This document shows positions 40,479-48,423 of a DNA stretch of 64,000 nucleotides, piece after piece. A program made the translations under genes and the position numbers. The number at the start of each line of letters is the position of its first letter. Within the stretch, counting starts at the first letter, position 1. The stretch is taken from contig OZ241326.1 of NCBI GenBank assembly GCA_965199855.1, positions 2,304,001 to 2,368,000 of the forward strand, in the 5' to 3' direction. The notes below the pieces were generated by a model that was not told the DNA's origin, did not search any database, and saw only the letters and a list, made by a program, of their open reading frames with translations. The stretch comes from a bacterium (GTDB taxonomy: Bacteria > UBA8248).

Positions 40479-40961
40479 TCAGAAATCGCCCTTCGCCCGG
40501 AGGTAGGGCACGAGGCCGCCCGCCTCGATCATCGCCCAGAGCGCGGCGGGAAACGGCGCGAAGGCGACCCGCTCATCTCCCATGCGCGCCTCCCCCGCCA
40601 GCGGGTCCACGAGAATCTCCTCCCCCGCCCGCATCGCGTCCGTGTCGCAGGCGATGACGGGAAGCCCCGAGTTGATCGCGTTTCGATAGAACATGTGGCC
40701 GAAGCTCTTGGCCAGGACGCAGCTCACGCCGAGGGCGCGGAGGACGAGGGCGGCGTCCTGCCGGCTGCTGACGAGGCCGAAGTTCTCCCCCGCGGCGATC
40801 ACGTCGCCCGGCTCCATCCTTCGGGAGAAATCCGGATCCAGCTCCCGGAAGGCGTCGCGCGCGAGCGCCTCCATCGAGGTTCCGGGCGGGCGGTATTTGA
40901 CGGAAAGATGCGCGTCGGTGCTGACGTCGTCGCCGAAGCGGTGGACTTTGCCCCTCAGCAT
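40479..40961 (-). CDS. LeuD/HacB/DmdB-type aconitase-family small subunit
   Basis: FGDDVSTD, AGENFG.SSR, FYRNAINSGL, GGLVPY. Confidence 0.85.
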   Translation of the reverse strand: MLRGKVHRFGDDVSTDAHLSVKYRPPGTSMEALARDAFRELDPDFSRRMEPGDVIAAGENFGLVSSRQDAALVLRALGVSCVLAKSFGHMFYRNAINSGLPVIACDTDAMRAGEEILVDPLAGEARMGDERVAFAPFPAALWAMIEAGGLVPYLRAKGDF

Positions 40962-40983
40962 GAATCTCCCCTCCCGGCGCGCG

Positions 40984-42240
40984 CTAGAGAAACTCCCTGG
41001 GGTCGGCGATGCGGCCCGCAATCGCGCTCGCCGCCACCGTGGCCGGCGAGGCCAGGAAAATCTCGGCCTCTTTGCTGCCCAGCCTGCCGGGGAAGTTGCG
41101 GTTCGCCGAGGAGACGGCGCGCTCGCCGTCGGCCAGGCAACCGTTTCCCGTCATCGAGGCGCAGGGGCCGCAGGCGGCGGCGAGCACGGCCGCGCCCGCC
41201 TCGACCAGGGCCGCTATCGCCCCGCTCCGGAGGGCGGCCTCATAGACTCGCCGGCTCGTGGGCGCGACGTAGAAGCGCACCCCGGGGGCGATCTTCCTTC
41301 CGCGCGCGACGCGCGCCGCGATTTCGATGTCCTCGAGCCGCCCGTTCGTGCAGGTTCCCACGAACGCCTGGTGGACGGGCAGGCCCTCGAACGCCTCGAC
41401 GGGATGCGCGTTTCCGGCGGCGGGCGGCGCGGAGACGAGGGGCGCGAGCGCGGAGACGTCCAGCCGGATTTCCCGCGCGTAGGAGGCGCCCGCGTCCGGG
41501 GCGACCGCCTCCCCGAGGGGCGCGCCATGCGCCCGCGCCCAGGCGAGCGTCTTCTCGTCCGCCTCCATGACGCCCGTCTTCGCCCCCATGTCCACCGACA
41601 TGTTGGCGATGGTGAAGCGCGCGTCCATCGAGAGCGCCGCCAGCGCCTCTCCCCCGTATTCCACCGCCATGTAGTTCGCCCCGTTCGCGCCCATCTCCTT
41701 CGCCAGGGCGAGCTCCACGTCCTTGGAGAAGACGCCCGGGGCGAGCGCGCCCGCGAACTCCACGCGAACGCTCTCGGGCACCTTGAACCAGAGCTTGCCG
41801 GTGGCGTAGGCGGAGGCTATCTCCACGCTCTCCACGGCCACGGCCATGGCGTTGAGCGCCCCGTAGGTGCAGACGTGGCTGTCGCCGCCCACGGCGAGGG
41901 CGCCCGGCCCCACGCGACCCTCCTCCGTCACGACGGTGTGGCACACGCCCGCGCCCGGCTCGAAGACCTCGACGCCGAACTCCGCGCCGAACTCCCGGAG
42001 CTTCCTGTGGTGGTTCGCCCAGAGGACGTCCTGGGCGGGAACGAAATGGTCGATGATGAAGTCCGTCTTCTTCGGGTCCAGCCGGAACTCGAAGCCCGCC
42101 TCCCGGAAGACGTCGATCGCCTTCGGCCCCTTGGCGTCGCCCGCCATGACGTAGTCGAGCGCGGCGACCACCAGGTCGCCCGCCCGCGCGTCGCCTCCCG
42201 AGTGCGCGGAGAGTATCTTTTCCGCCATCGTGCGGGGCAA
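40984..42240 (-). CDS. LeuC/HacA/DmdA-type aconitase-family large subunit
   Basis: TMAEKIL, IDH, DSHVCTYG, GTCTNGR, CGPC, NRNFPGR; TTG start. Confidence 0.88.
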   Translation of the reverse strand: MPRTMAEKILSAHSGGDARAGDLVVAALDYVMAGDAKGPKAIDVFREAGFEFRLDPKKTDFIIDHFVPAQDVLWANHHRKLREFGAEFGVEVFEPGAGVCHTVVTEEGRVGPGALAVGGDSHVCTYGALNAMAVAVESVEIASAYATGKLWFKVPESVRVEFAGALAPGVFSKDVELALAKEMGANGANYMAVEYGGEALAALSMDARFTIANMSVDMGAKTGVMEADEKTLAWARAHGAPLGEAVAPDAGASYAREIRLDVSALAPLVSAPPAAGNAHPVEAFEGLPVHQAFVGTCTNGRLEDIEIAARVARGRKIAPGVRFYVAPTSRRVYEAALRSGAIAALVEAGAAVLAAACGPCASMTGNGCLADGERAVSSANRNFPGRLGSKEAEIFLASPATVAASAIAGRIADPREFL

Positions 42241-42331
42241 GGGGTTCTCCCTGCGGAACGGTTGGGAACAATGCGCTATTGGTATACACCAAAAACCGGA
42301 AGGGCGGAATCCTTGAATTGGAGTCTTTGAG

Positions 42332-42359
42332 TTGACAATGCCGTCCTGATGCCCAAAAT
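42332..42359 (+). promoter_or_regulatory. Putative promoter of the three-gene module
   Basis: TTGACA-16 bp-CAAAAT. Confidence 0.35.
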
Positions 42360-42429
42360 TGCAATCGCAACGAAACAAGGCTTTCCAGGGCCGGATGATG
42401 GGCGGGATTGCGGAAAACGGGAGGCGAAG

Positions 42430-42690
42430 ATGACGGAGCGCAAAAAAACCCTGACGGATCAGTCCGGCAACCTGGTGGAGGGCACAGTCGTAGAGATAGC
42501 CGAATCCATCGAACGATTCAGCGAAGTGAAGCTCGCGGACGGAACGATCCTGAAAACGAAAATGTCCGCGATTGAGGCTACCCGAATCGATGACCAGTGG
42601 GACAAGGACGGCAACCCGATTTACCTTCTCCAGAGCAGCAACATCGTCGCGATCGCCGAATCGCCGGAGCGCCTGAAAAGGAGCCGATAA
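42430..42690 (+). CDS. Small hypothetical protein (beta-rich)
   Basis: GGAGG RBS, 86 aa, EVKLADGTILK...DKDGNPIY; first gene of a tightly packed operon. Confidence 0.7.
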   Translation: MTERKKTLTDQSGNLVEGTVVEIAESIERFSEVKLADGTILKTKMSAIEATRIDDQWDKDGNPIYLLQSSNIVAIAESPERLKRSR

Positions 42691-42691
42691 G

Positions 42692-43225
42692 ATGGCCGCT
42701 TCGGAAGCCCCGCTACTCTCCTACAGCGGCGCAGGCTCATCTCCCGCGAGGTCCCGATCCTGTTCGCGGCTTTTTTCAGGCGATGAAGTCGAGAGGAAGG
42801 ATTGGACGGAAGAAGCGACTCTCGGCCGCGCGCATGACGAAGCTTGGCCCCGGATTTTCATTTTCGCCAGGCCGGGGCGGCAGGCCGTCCCGACCTGGCG
42901 CGCGCCGGATGAATACCAGCCCTTCATTCCAAAGGAGAGCATGTTCGCGCGATGGGTGGAGCAGTGGCGCGAGGAGAGAGGAGCCGCGTCTTCTCTGTCG
43001 GATATGTTCGCGTGTCCCTCATATCTGAAAATCATCGGGATGGGAGAAAGGGCGCTCCCGCTGATATTCGCCCGGCTCAGAAGCGAGAGGGACGACCCCG
43101 ATCACTGGTTCGCCGCCCTTGAGGCCATAACGGGCGAGAACCCGATCCCGGAAAATGATTGCGGAGACACGCTGAAAATGGCCGAGGCCTGGCTTTCATG
43201 GGCGGAAAAGAAGAGTGCCCGGTAG
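42692..43225 (+). CDS. Hypothetical helical protein (candidate immunity/antitoxin)
   Basis: C-terminal FARWVEQWR...YLKIIGMG...WFAALEAITGENP...AWLSWA; starts 1 nt after previous stop and overlaps next gene; start uncertain. Confidence 0.65.
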   Translation: MAASEAPLLSYSGAGSSPARSRSCSRLFSGDEVERKDWTEEATLGRAHDEAWPRIFIFARPGRQAVPTWRAPDEYQPFIPKESMFARWVEQWREERGAASSLSDMFACPSYLKIIGMGERALPLIFARLRSERDDPDHWFAALEAITGENPIPENDCGDTLKMAEAWLSWAEKKSAR

Positions 43226-43664
43226 CTGGACGCCCGATGATTTCCCGAAACTGCATTCCCTGAATCATCGCGTAACGAGCCCATGTAAAAATCGCTACAA
43301 CTGCATCGCCTGGGCGGCCGGCTCAGACGATAGATGGTGGTGGCCGACCAGATACGGGTTTTGGCCCCCGGGCGTTCCCAGGGAAGAAACCCTGGCCGCG
43401 TTCGCGGCCGCCTTCGCGACGCTCGGATATGCGGAATGCCGGGACGGCTCCCCGGAGAGAGGATACGAGAAGGTGGCGCTGTTCGCCCGGCGCGATGCGG
43501 AGGGTCGTCTTGCGCCTACGCACGCGGCGAAGCAGCTCGCCGATGGGCGCTGGACAAGCAAGCTCGGCCGCCTGGAAGACATCGAACACGGGGAAGCGGA
43601 GGACGTGAACGGACCGCTCTACGGAGCCCCCGTCCGATTCATGCGGCGCGCCGTTTCGCCCTGA
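43215..43664 (+). CDS. Papain-like Cys/His protein (DUF7689-like)
   Basis: YNCIAWA, THAA, WTSKLG, DIEH, YG motifs. Confidence 0.65.
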   Translation: MPGSWTPDDFPKLHSLNHRVTSPCKNRYNCIAWAAGSDDRWWWPTRYGFWPPGVPREETLAAFAAAFATLGYAECRDGSPERGYEKVALFARRDAEGRLAPTHAAKQLADGRWTSKLGRLEDIEHGEAEDVNGPLYGAPVRFMRRAVSP

Positions 43665-43668
43665 AAAA

Positions 43669-43690
43669 CGTTCAGGCGAGGGGCGAGCCG
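43669..43690 (+). repeat. 22-bp direct repeat, copy 1 (copy 2 at 44316-44337)
   Basis: CGTTCAGGCGAGGGGCGAGCCG vs CGTTCAGGCGAGGGGCCAGCCG, 21/22 identical. Confidence 0.75.
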
Positions 43691-43721
43691 AGACCGCCGG
43701 AGCGGGAGCGCGGACGCCACG

Positions 43722-43895
43722 TCAAAAGGCTTTCTCCAGCCCCGCCTGCTTGAGAATTCCGTTGGCCGTGCGGCGGGATTTTATGACGCCGTCGACGGGA
43801 AACCGCTTCGAGCTAACGGGACTGCTCCGGATTTCGTGATCGCCCTTGCCCTGCCGCACGACGGAGCATCCCGCCTCCACGAGGAGTTTTTTCAG
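43722..43895 (-). pseudogene. hicA: HicA-family toxin lacking a canonical start
   Basis: LKKLLVEAGCSVVRQGKGDHEIRSSPVSSKRFPVDGVIKSRRTANGILKQAGLEKAF*; directly preceded by in-frame TGA TAA. Confidence 0.75.
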
Positions 43896-43898
43896 TTA

Positions 43899-44141
43899 TC
43901 AGGCGAACGCCAACTCCCGCTCGAACCCGTTGAAGCGGGCTTGCGCCTGAAGCGGACGGGAGCCGCCTTCCAAAAGGTGGGCGTTCGCTTCCAGAAGTTC
44001 GGGGATGAGAACCTCGAGCTTCTCCTTGAGCTCCTCGGGCGTGGCCGCCTCGGTGACGAGCCCGGGAACGTCCTCGCTCGTCGCCACCCAGACCCGCGCC
44101 TCGGAATCCCAGTCGGCGGAAACCTCGATGGGCCGCGCCAT
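43899..44141 (-). CDS. DUF1902 / HicB-like antitoxin
   Basis: WDSEARVWVATSEDVPGLVTEA...LIPELLEAN; AGGAGG RBS; upstream of hicA. Confidence 0.85.
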   Translation of the reverse strand: MARPIEVSADWDSEARVWVATSEDVPGLVTEAATPEELKEKLEVLIPELLEANAHLLEGGSRPLQAQARFNGFERELAFA

Positions 44142-44315
44142 GATTCGCCTCCTTTCGCCTTCCGCTTGTTCGCTTCCTGCTTTCTACGATACGCGGGGCA
44201 AACAACAACCCTCCCTTGCGACTTTACAAGAATTCGCCATACATCGCAATATATTGTTAAACATTGTCATACATTGTCATACGCGATGCGTCGGCGAGCC
44301 TTGCGCCGCCGCGCG

Positions 44316-44337
44316 CGTTCAGGCGAGGGGCCAGCCG
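44316..44337 (+). repeat. 22-bp direct repeat, copy 2
   Basis: See copy 1 at 43669-43690. Confidence 0.75.
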
Positions 44338-44384
44338 CCGCGCGCGGCGATCGCCTCGTCAACGCGCGCCATGAGCCGGGCTGG

Positions 44385-47180
44385 TCAGCTTCCCCTTCCC
44401 CGCCGCCGCTTCGGCTCTCTCCCCGGCTTCAGGGGGGCGCGCATTTTCTCATACAGGGCGAAGAGATGCTCCACGCGCTCGCGCTCGGAGGAGAAGCCGC
44501 CGCGCCGATAGAGGCGGTCCACGGCGCGGTCGAGGGAGTGGTGGGCGCGGCGCAGGTCGGGCGGCATGAGGTCGGGGTCGTAGAGGTCGGCCAGCGTCGC
44601 CCCCGGGTGATTCGCGCGGGCGTCGAGAACGGCGCGGGCGAGCGGCTCCAGCCTCGACAGGCCGGCGCTCTTCGGCGGCGTCGGAAAGGTGTTATAGACG
44701 AGGCCGATGGAGTAACGGTAGTCGCTCTTGAGCCTCCCACCCACATAGCGAAGCCAGGCCATGTGCATGGCGGAGGTGAGCAGGGCGAAGTCGGCGAGGG
44801 CGGCGTTTTGAAGGATCAAGGAGGCTTCGCTGGGAATAACGGGCGGCTCTAACCAACCAAAAGGCGCGTACTCTCGACGCTCCGAGCTCACCCTGGGAAT
44901 AATCAGAAAGGGCGTTTCCGGAATTACGGTCACCCCATAGGCAGTCGGAAACTCTGTAAGGCGTTGCGTCGCCTTGCGTTTGCTCTTGGCGCGAAAATTG
45001 CGAACGGCTTGAAGCCTCTCCCTGACCATGGACAAATCTCGGAGTTTCTGAGGCGGAATATCCGCCGTGTGAAGTATCCACCTTTCTTTGCTTCTCAGAA
45101 ATTCCCGCGCCCCCAAAAAAGGGCGGAAATATGGAGCGGCGCCCGGCTCCCTTTCGATAAATGCGGCCTTAGAATCTGCCGAGAACGTGAGGTTTCCGTC
45201 TTCAAGGGGTTGCGTGCCGAAAATAAGCCTCCGCATCCCGTTGATCGGCTTGCTCTCCTCCCGAACCGTCAGATGCGGGTCGGCGAGGCCGCCCGCGTCG
45301 AACAGATAGGGCGAGAGGGCGGCGTGGCGGCTCTCCTGCGGATCGCCGCTGACGTCGGGGTAGCTGAACAGCCGCTTCTCCGCCCGCGCCGCCTCCCGGG
45401 CGTCCAGCCCGACGATGACGACGTGCACGCGCGCCTTTCCCCGCGCGTCCGACCCCCAGGCGAAGGTGCGGTGGGCGAAGGCTATCTCCAGCCTGCATCG
45501 GTCGAAAAGAACCGGCCAAAGCTGCGCCGCTCCCTCCCCCTGCGTAATCGAGTTGGTGGCGACGAGGCCGACCCGCGTCCCGCTCTTTCGCAGATACTCC
45601 CCCGCCCGGATGAACCAGGCGGTCACGTAGTCCAGCGTCCCGCCGCTCCCGCCCAGGTCGGCGACCCGGCGCGTCTGCGCGCGCTGGTCGGGCGTCTGGA
45701 ATTTCGCGCCGACGAACGGCGGATTGCCGAACACGAAATCGCACTCGGCGGGCGGCAGAAGCTCCGCCCAGTCGAACTCCAGCGCGTCCGCGCAACGGAC
45801 GTGCGGGGAGATCGTGAGCGGAATGCGGGTATAGGTTTGGCCGAACTCCAGGCTCAGGCGGTTGTTCATGATGTGATCCATCATCCAGAGCGCGGTCTCG
45901 GCGATGCGCGCCGGAAACTCGGCGATCTCGACGCCGTAGAACTGATCCACGGTGACGCGGGAAAGCGCGGCGGCGTCGAGCTCCCGCTGCTCTCCCGACG
46001 CGCGAGAGGAGCGAAGCTCGCGCATCACCTCCATCTCCAGCGTCCGCAGCTCGCGGTAGGCGATGATGAGGAAGTTCCCGCAGCCGCAGGCCGGGTCGAA
46101 GAACGTCATCTCCCCCAGCCGCTTCTGGAAGGCTTCCAGTTCGGCGCGGCGGCGGCTGTCCCTTCGCGCCTTGAGCCGCTCGAACTCCGCCCGCAGATCG
46201 TCCAGAAAGAGCGGCTCGATGACCTTCAGGATGTTCTTCTCGGTGGTGTAGTGCGCCCCCTGCGCGCGGCGCTCCGCCGGGTTCATCACGGACTGAAAGA
46301 GCGCGCCGAAGATGGCGGGGGAGATGTTCGACCAGTCGAAGCGGCAGGTTTCGAGCAGGGCGCGGCGCATGGGCGCGTCGAAGGAGGGAATGCGCAGGGC
46401 GTCCTTGAAGAGGTCGCCGTTCACGTAGGAGAAGCGGGCGAGGTCTTCATCCAGCGTCGCCGCGCGCTCCTCCGGCGGCGTATTCAGCACCTGAAAAAGC
46501 AGCGCCAGCCGGGGGCCGAGGTCGGCGCCGTCCTCGCTCGTCCGCTCCTCCAGGAATTCCATGAACAGGTCGCGCGGCTCGAAGATGCCGGTGTCGTCCG
46601 CGAACAGGCAGAAGACGAGGCGCACCAGAAAGCGCTCCAGATCATGCCCCCGGTAGCCGGCTTCCGCCAGCGCGTCGTGCAGCCCGCCGGCGAGCTCGGC
46701 GGCCTTGACGTTGGCGGGATCCTGATCCCGAAAAGCCCGGCGCTGCACGCCCAGGATGAAGCCGAATTTCTCGAGATGCGCGGGCAGGTCGGCGAGGGCG
46801 AAGGCCGTCCGCTCGCGCTCGTCGAGGTCCCGGAGCTCGAACGTCCTGAAGTCGCTGACCAGGATATAGCGGGGCCTGTCCTTCTCGGGCAGGGCGTCGA
46901 AGTACGTCCCCGCCTGCTCGTAGGCTTCGTCCAGGTCGCGCCCCGCGCTCTTCTGCTCGACGATGAGGACGCCCGGCCAGAACAGGTCGATGTAGCCGCC
47001 CGTGTCGTCGAGCCGCTTCACGCGCTCCTCGTAGCGCGCGACGGTGCGGCGCCTGACGCCGAAAATCTCGAAAAACTCGTTGTAGAAGCTCTGCGTCTCG
47101 CCCTTCTCGTAGCCCGCCCCCTCCCAGCGGCGGGCGAACGCCGCCGCGCGGGCGCGCATCTCGTTCCAGGAAAGGCGCAT
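44385..47180 (-). CDS. MmeI-like Type IIL/IIG restriction-modification enzyme (nuclease-MTase-TRD)
   Basis: IDLFWPG..IVEQKS nuclease motif, GAHYT, FFDPACGCGNF, GNPPF, RLKSDYRYS, YNTFP, LADLYDPDLMP. Confidence 0.9.
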   Translation of the reverse strand: MRLSWNEMRARAAAFARRWEGAGYEKGETQSFYNEFFEIFGVRRRTVARYEERVKRLDDTGGYIDLFWPGVLIVEQKSAGRDLDEAYEQAGTYFDALPEKDRPRYILVSDFRTFELRDLDERERTAFALADLPAHLEKFGFILGVQRRAFRDQDPANVKAAELAGGLHDALAEAGYRGHDLERFLVRLVFCLFADDTGIFEPRDLFMEFLEERTSEDGADLGPRLALLFQVLNTPPEERAATLDEDLARFSYVNGDLFKDALRIPSFDAPMRRALLETCRFDWSNISPAIFGALFQSVMNPAERRAQGAHYTTEKNILKVIEPLFLDDLRAEFERLKARRDSRRRAELEAFQKRLGEMTFFDPACGCGNFLIIAYRELRTLEMEVMRELRSSRASGEQRELDAAALSRVTVDQFYGVEIAEFPARIAETALWMMDHIMNNRLSLEFGQTYTRIPLTISPHVRCADALEFDWAELLPPAECDFVFGNPPFVGAKFQTPDQRAQTRRVADLGGSGGTLDYVTAWFIRAGEYLRKSGTRVGLVATNSITQGEGAAQLWPVLFDRCRLEIAFAHRTFAWGSDARGKARVHVVIVGLDAREAARAEKRLFSYPDVSGDPQESRHAALSPYLFDAGGLADPHLTVREESKPINGMRRLIFGTQPLEDGNLTFSADSKAAFIEREPGAAPYFRPFLGAREFLRSKERWILHTADIPPQKLRDLSMVRERLQAVRNFRAKSKRKATQRLTEFPTAYGVTVIPETPFLIIPRVSSERREYAPFGWLEPPVIPSEASLILQNAALADFALLTSAMHMAWLRYVGGRLKSDYRYSIGLVYNTFPTPPKSAGLSRLEPLARAVLDARANHPGATLADLYDPDLMPPDLRRAHHSLDRAVDRLYRRGGFSSERERVEHLFALYEKMRAPLKPGREPKRRRGRGS

Positions 47181-47229
47181 CAGAGCCTCGGAATCCGGCG
47201 AGACGCGAAGGGAGGAAAGATAGTCAGGT

Positions 47230-47574
47230 TCACCCCTCCCGCCCGGTCTGCGGCTCCCGGGCGGGGTCGATTTCGTAGAGGTAGTCGAACGAATAGATGC
47301 CCGCGCCGCATCCCCCCCGCCAGATGAAGTTGATGGCGTAGCGCCCCACCATCTCGGCGTTTTCGAGCTCGGCGGGGCCTTCCGGCCCCGTGAGGACGAC
47401 GAGGGGGTTCCTCTCCCGCTCCCTGCGCTTCTCCTTGCAGTTCGCGCACGGGCAGAGGGCGGCGAGGTAGTCGAAGCCGAACGCGCTCCTCTCCCCGCTC
47501 GCCCACTCCACGCGCAGCTGGCGGGCGCGCTTGTCCACCGTGAGATCGACGGGGGTGGCGGCGTCCGCGCTCAC
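47230..47574 (-). CDS. DUF971 (GBBH-like N-terminal) protein
   Basis: LCPCANC, VGRYAI, GIYSFDYL. Confidence 0.85.
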   Translation of the reverse strand: MSADAATPVDLTVDKRARQLRVEWASGERSAFGFDYLAALCPCANCKEKRRERERNPLVVLTGPEGPAELENAEMVGRYAINFIWRGGCGAGIYSFDYLYEIDPAREPQTGREG

Positions 47575-47595
47575 GGGAGGCGTCCCCCGGCGCGC

Positions 47596-48255
47596 CTAGC
47601 GCGCCCTGACGCCGTATTTCTCATACTTCTTCGCCGAGGCGGAGGTGCGCCGGGCGGATTCGGGCGTCTTGAGCTCCAGCAGATAGGGGCGCTCGGCCGA
47701 GGCGGCGCGCACGGCGTCCAGGAGGCCCTCCTCGTCCCCGCCGCTCTCCCATTCGCCCTCCTCGAGCTTCACGAAGACGGGCTTGCCCTCCCCGAAGTCC
47801 AGCGTGGGCACGCCGAAGATGCCCTGCGCCTCGGCCTCCTCGTGCTCCCGCGCGATGAGGGGGACGGTCGCCCCGCTCTTCATGTCCTCCTCCCAGCGCG
47901 CCGCGTCGAGGCCGACCTCCACGGCGAGGTCGCGCAGCACGAGCTCGCTCGTGATGTCCTTGCCGTCCCTGTGCCGCGCCCTGTGGAGGGCGACGTGGTA
48001 GCGGTCGAACTCCGCCTCGCCCTGGAGCGCCGCGCACTTCGCCGCCTGATGGGGAGGCATGTCCCGGCTCGGGAAGGTCTTGTCCTCCCAGGCCTTCCAG
48101 TCCTCGCCCCTTGCGGGGCCGAAATTCGCCTGCTCCAGCACGAAGGCCCTGTAATCGACCTTGAGGCCGCTTCTCTTCTCCCGAAGACGAACGAGCCACT
48201 CCATGGCCCGGTAGGCGTAGGGTCAGACGTAGCAGTTCCACATGGTGAGGTTCAT
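47596..48255 (-). CDS. DsbA/FrnE-like thioredoxin-fold protein, probable selenoprotein (Sec at codon 11)
   Basis: GGGGAG RBS then MNLTMWNCYV-TGA-PYAYRAMEW in frame with ORF 47596-48204; GIFGVPT cis-Pro motif; downstream hairpin. Confidence 0.82.
48192..48210 (-). promoter_or_regulatory. Candidate bacterial SECIS element
   Basis: CGGGCCA-UGGAG-UGGCUCG 7-bp stem starting 12 nt 3' of the UGA, G near the start of the loop. Confidence 0.7.
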
Positions 48256-48335
48256 GGCTTTCTCCCCGTGAAAAAGACTCGGAAACGACGCGCCGCCATT
48301 ATACGCCGTGAAGCGGGCGCGGGAAAGCGGGCGCG

Positions 48336-48364
48336 TTGACAAAAACGAAAAACGCGGATATTTT
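48336..48364 (+). promoter_or_regulatory. Putative sigma70 promoter
   Basis: TTGACA-17 bp-TATTTT in AT-rich intergenic DNA. Confidence 0.45.
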
Positions 48365-48423
48365 CTTAGCAATGTCGAGTAATTCAATCAACAATGAAGA
48401 AATAATAAAACGGAAAATCCCGC

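Noticed and set aside
44385-44387. Selenocysteine read-through of the MmeI-like stop into the GGWP peptide
   Set aside because: The enzyme is already full length and the position is not a conserved Cys; a gene relic is the simpler reading
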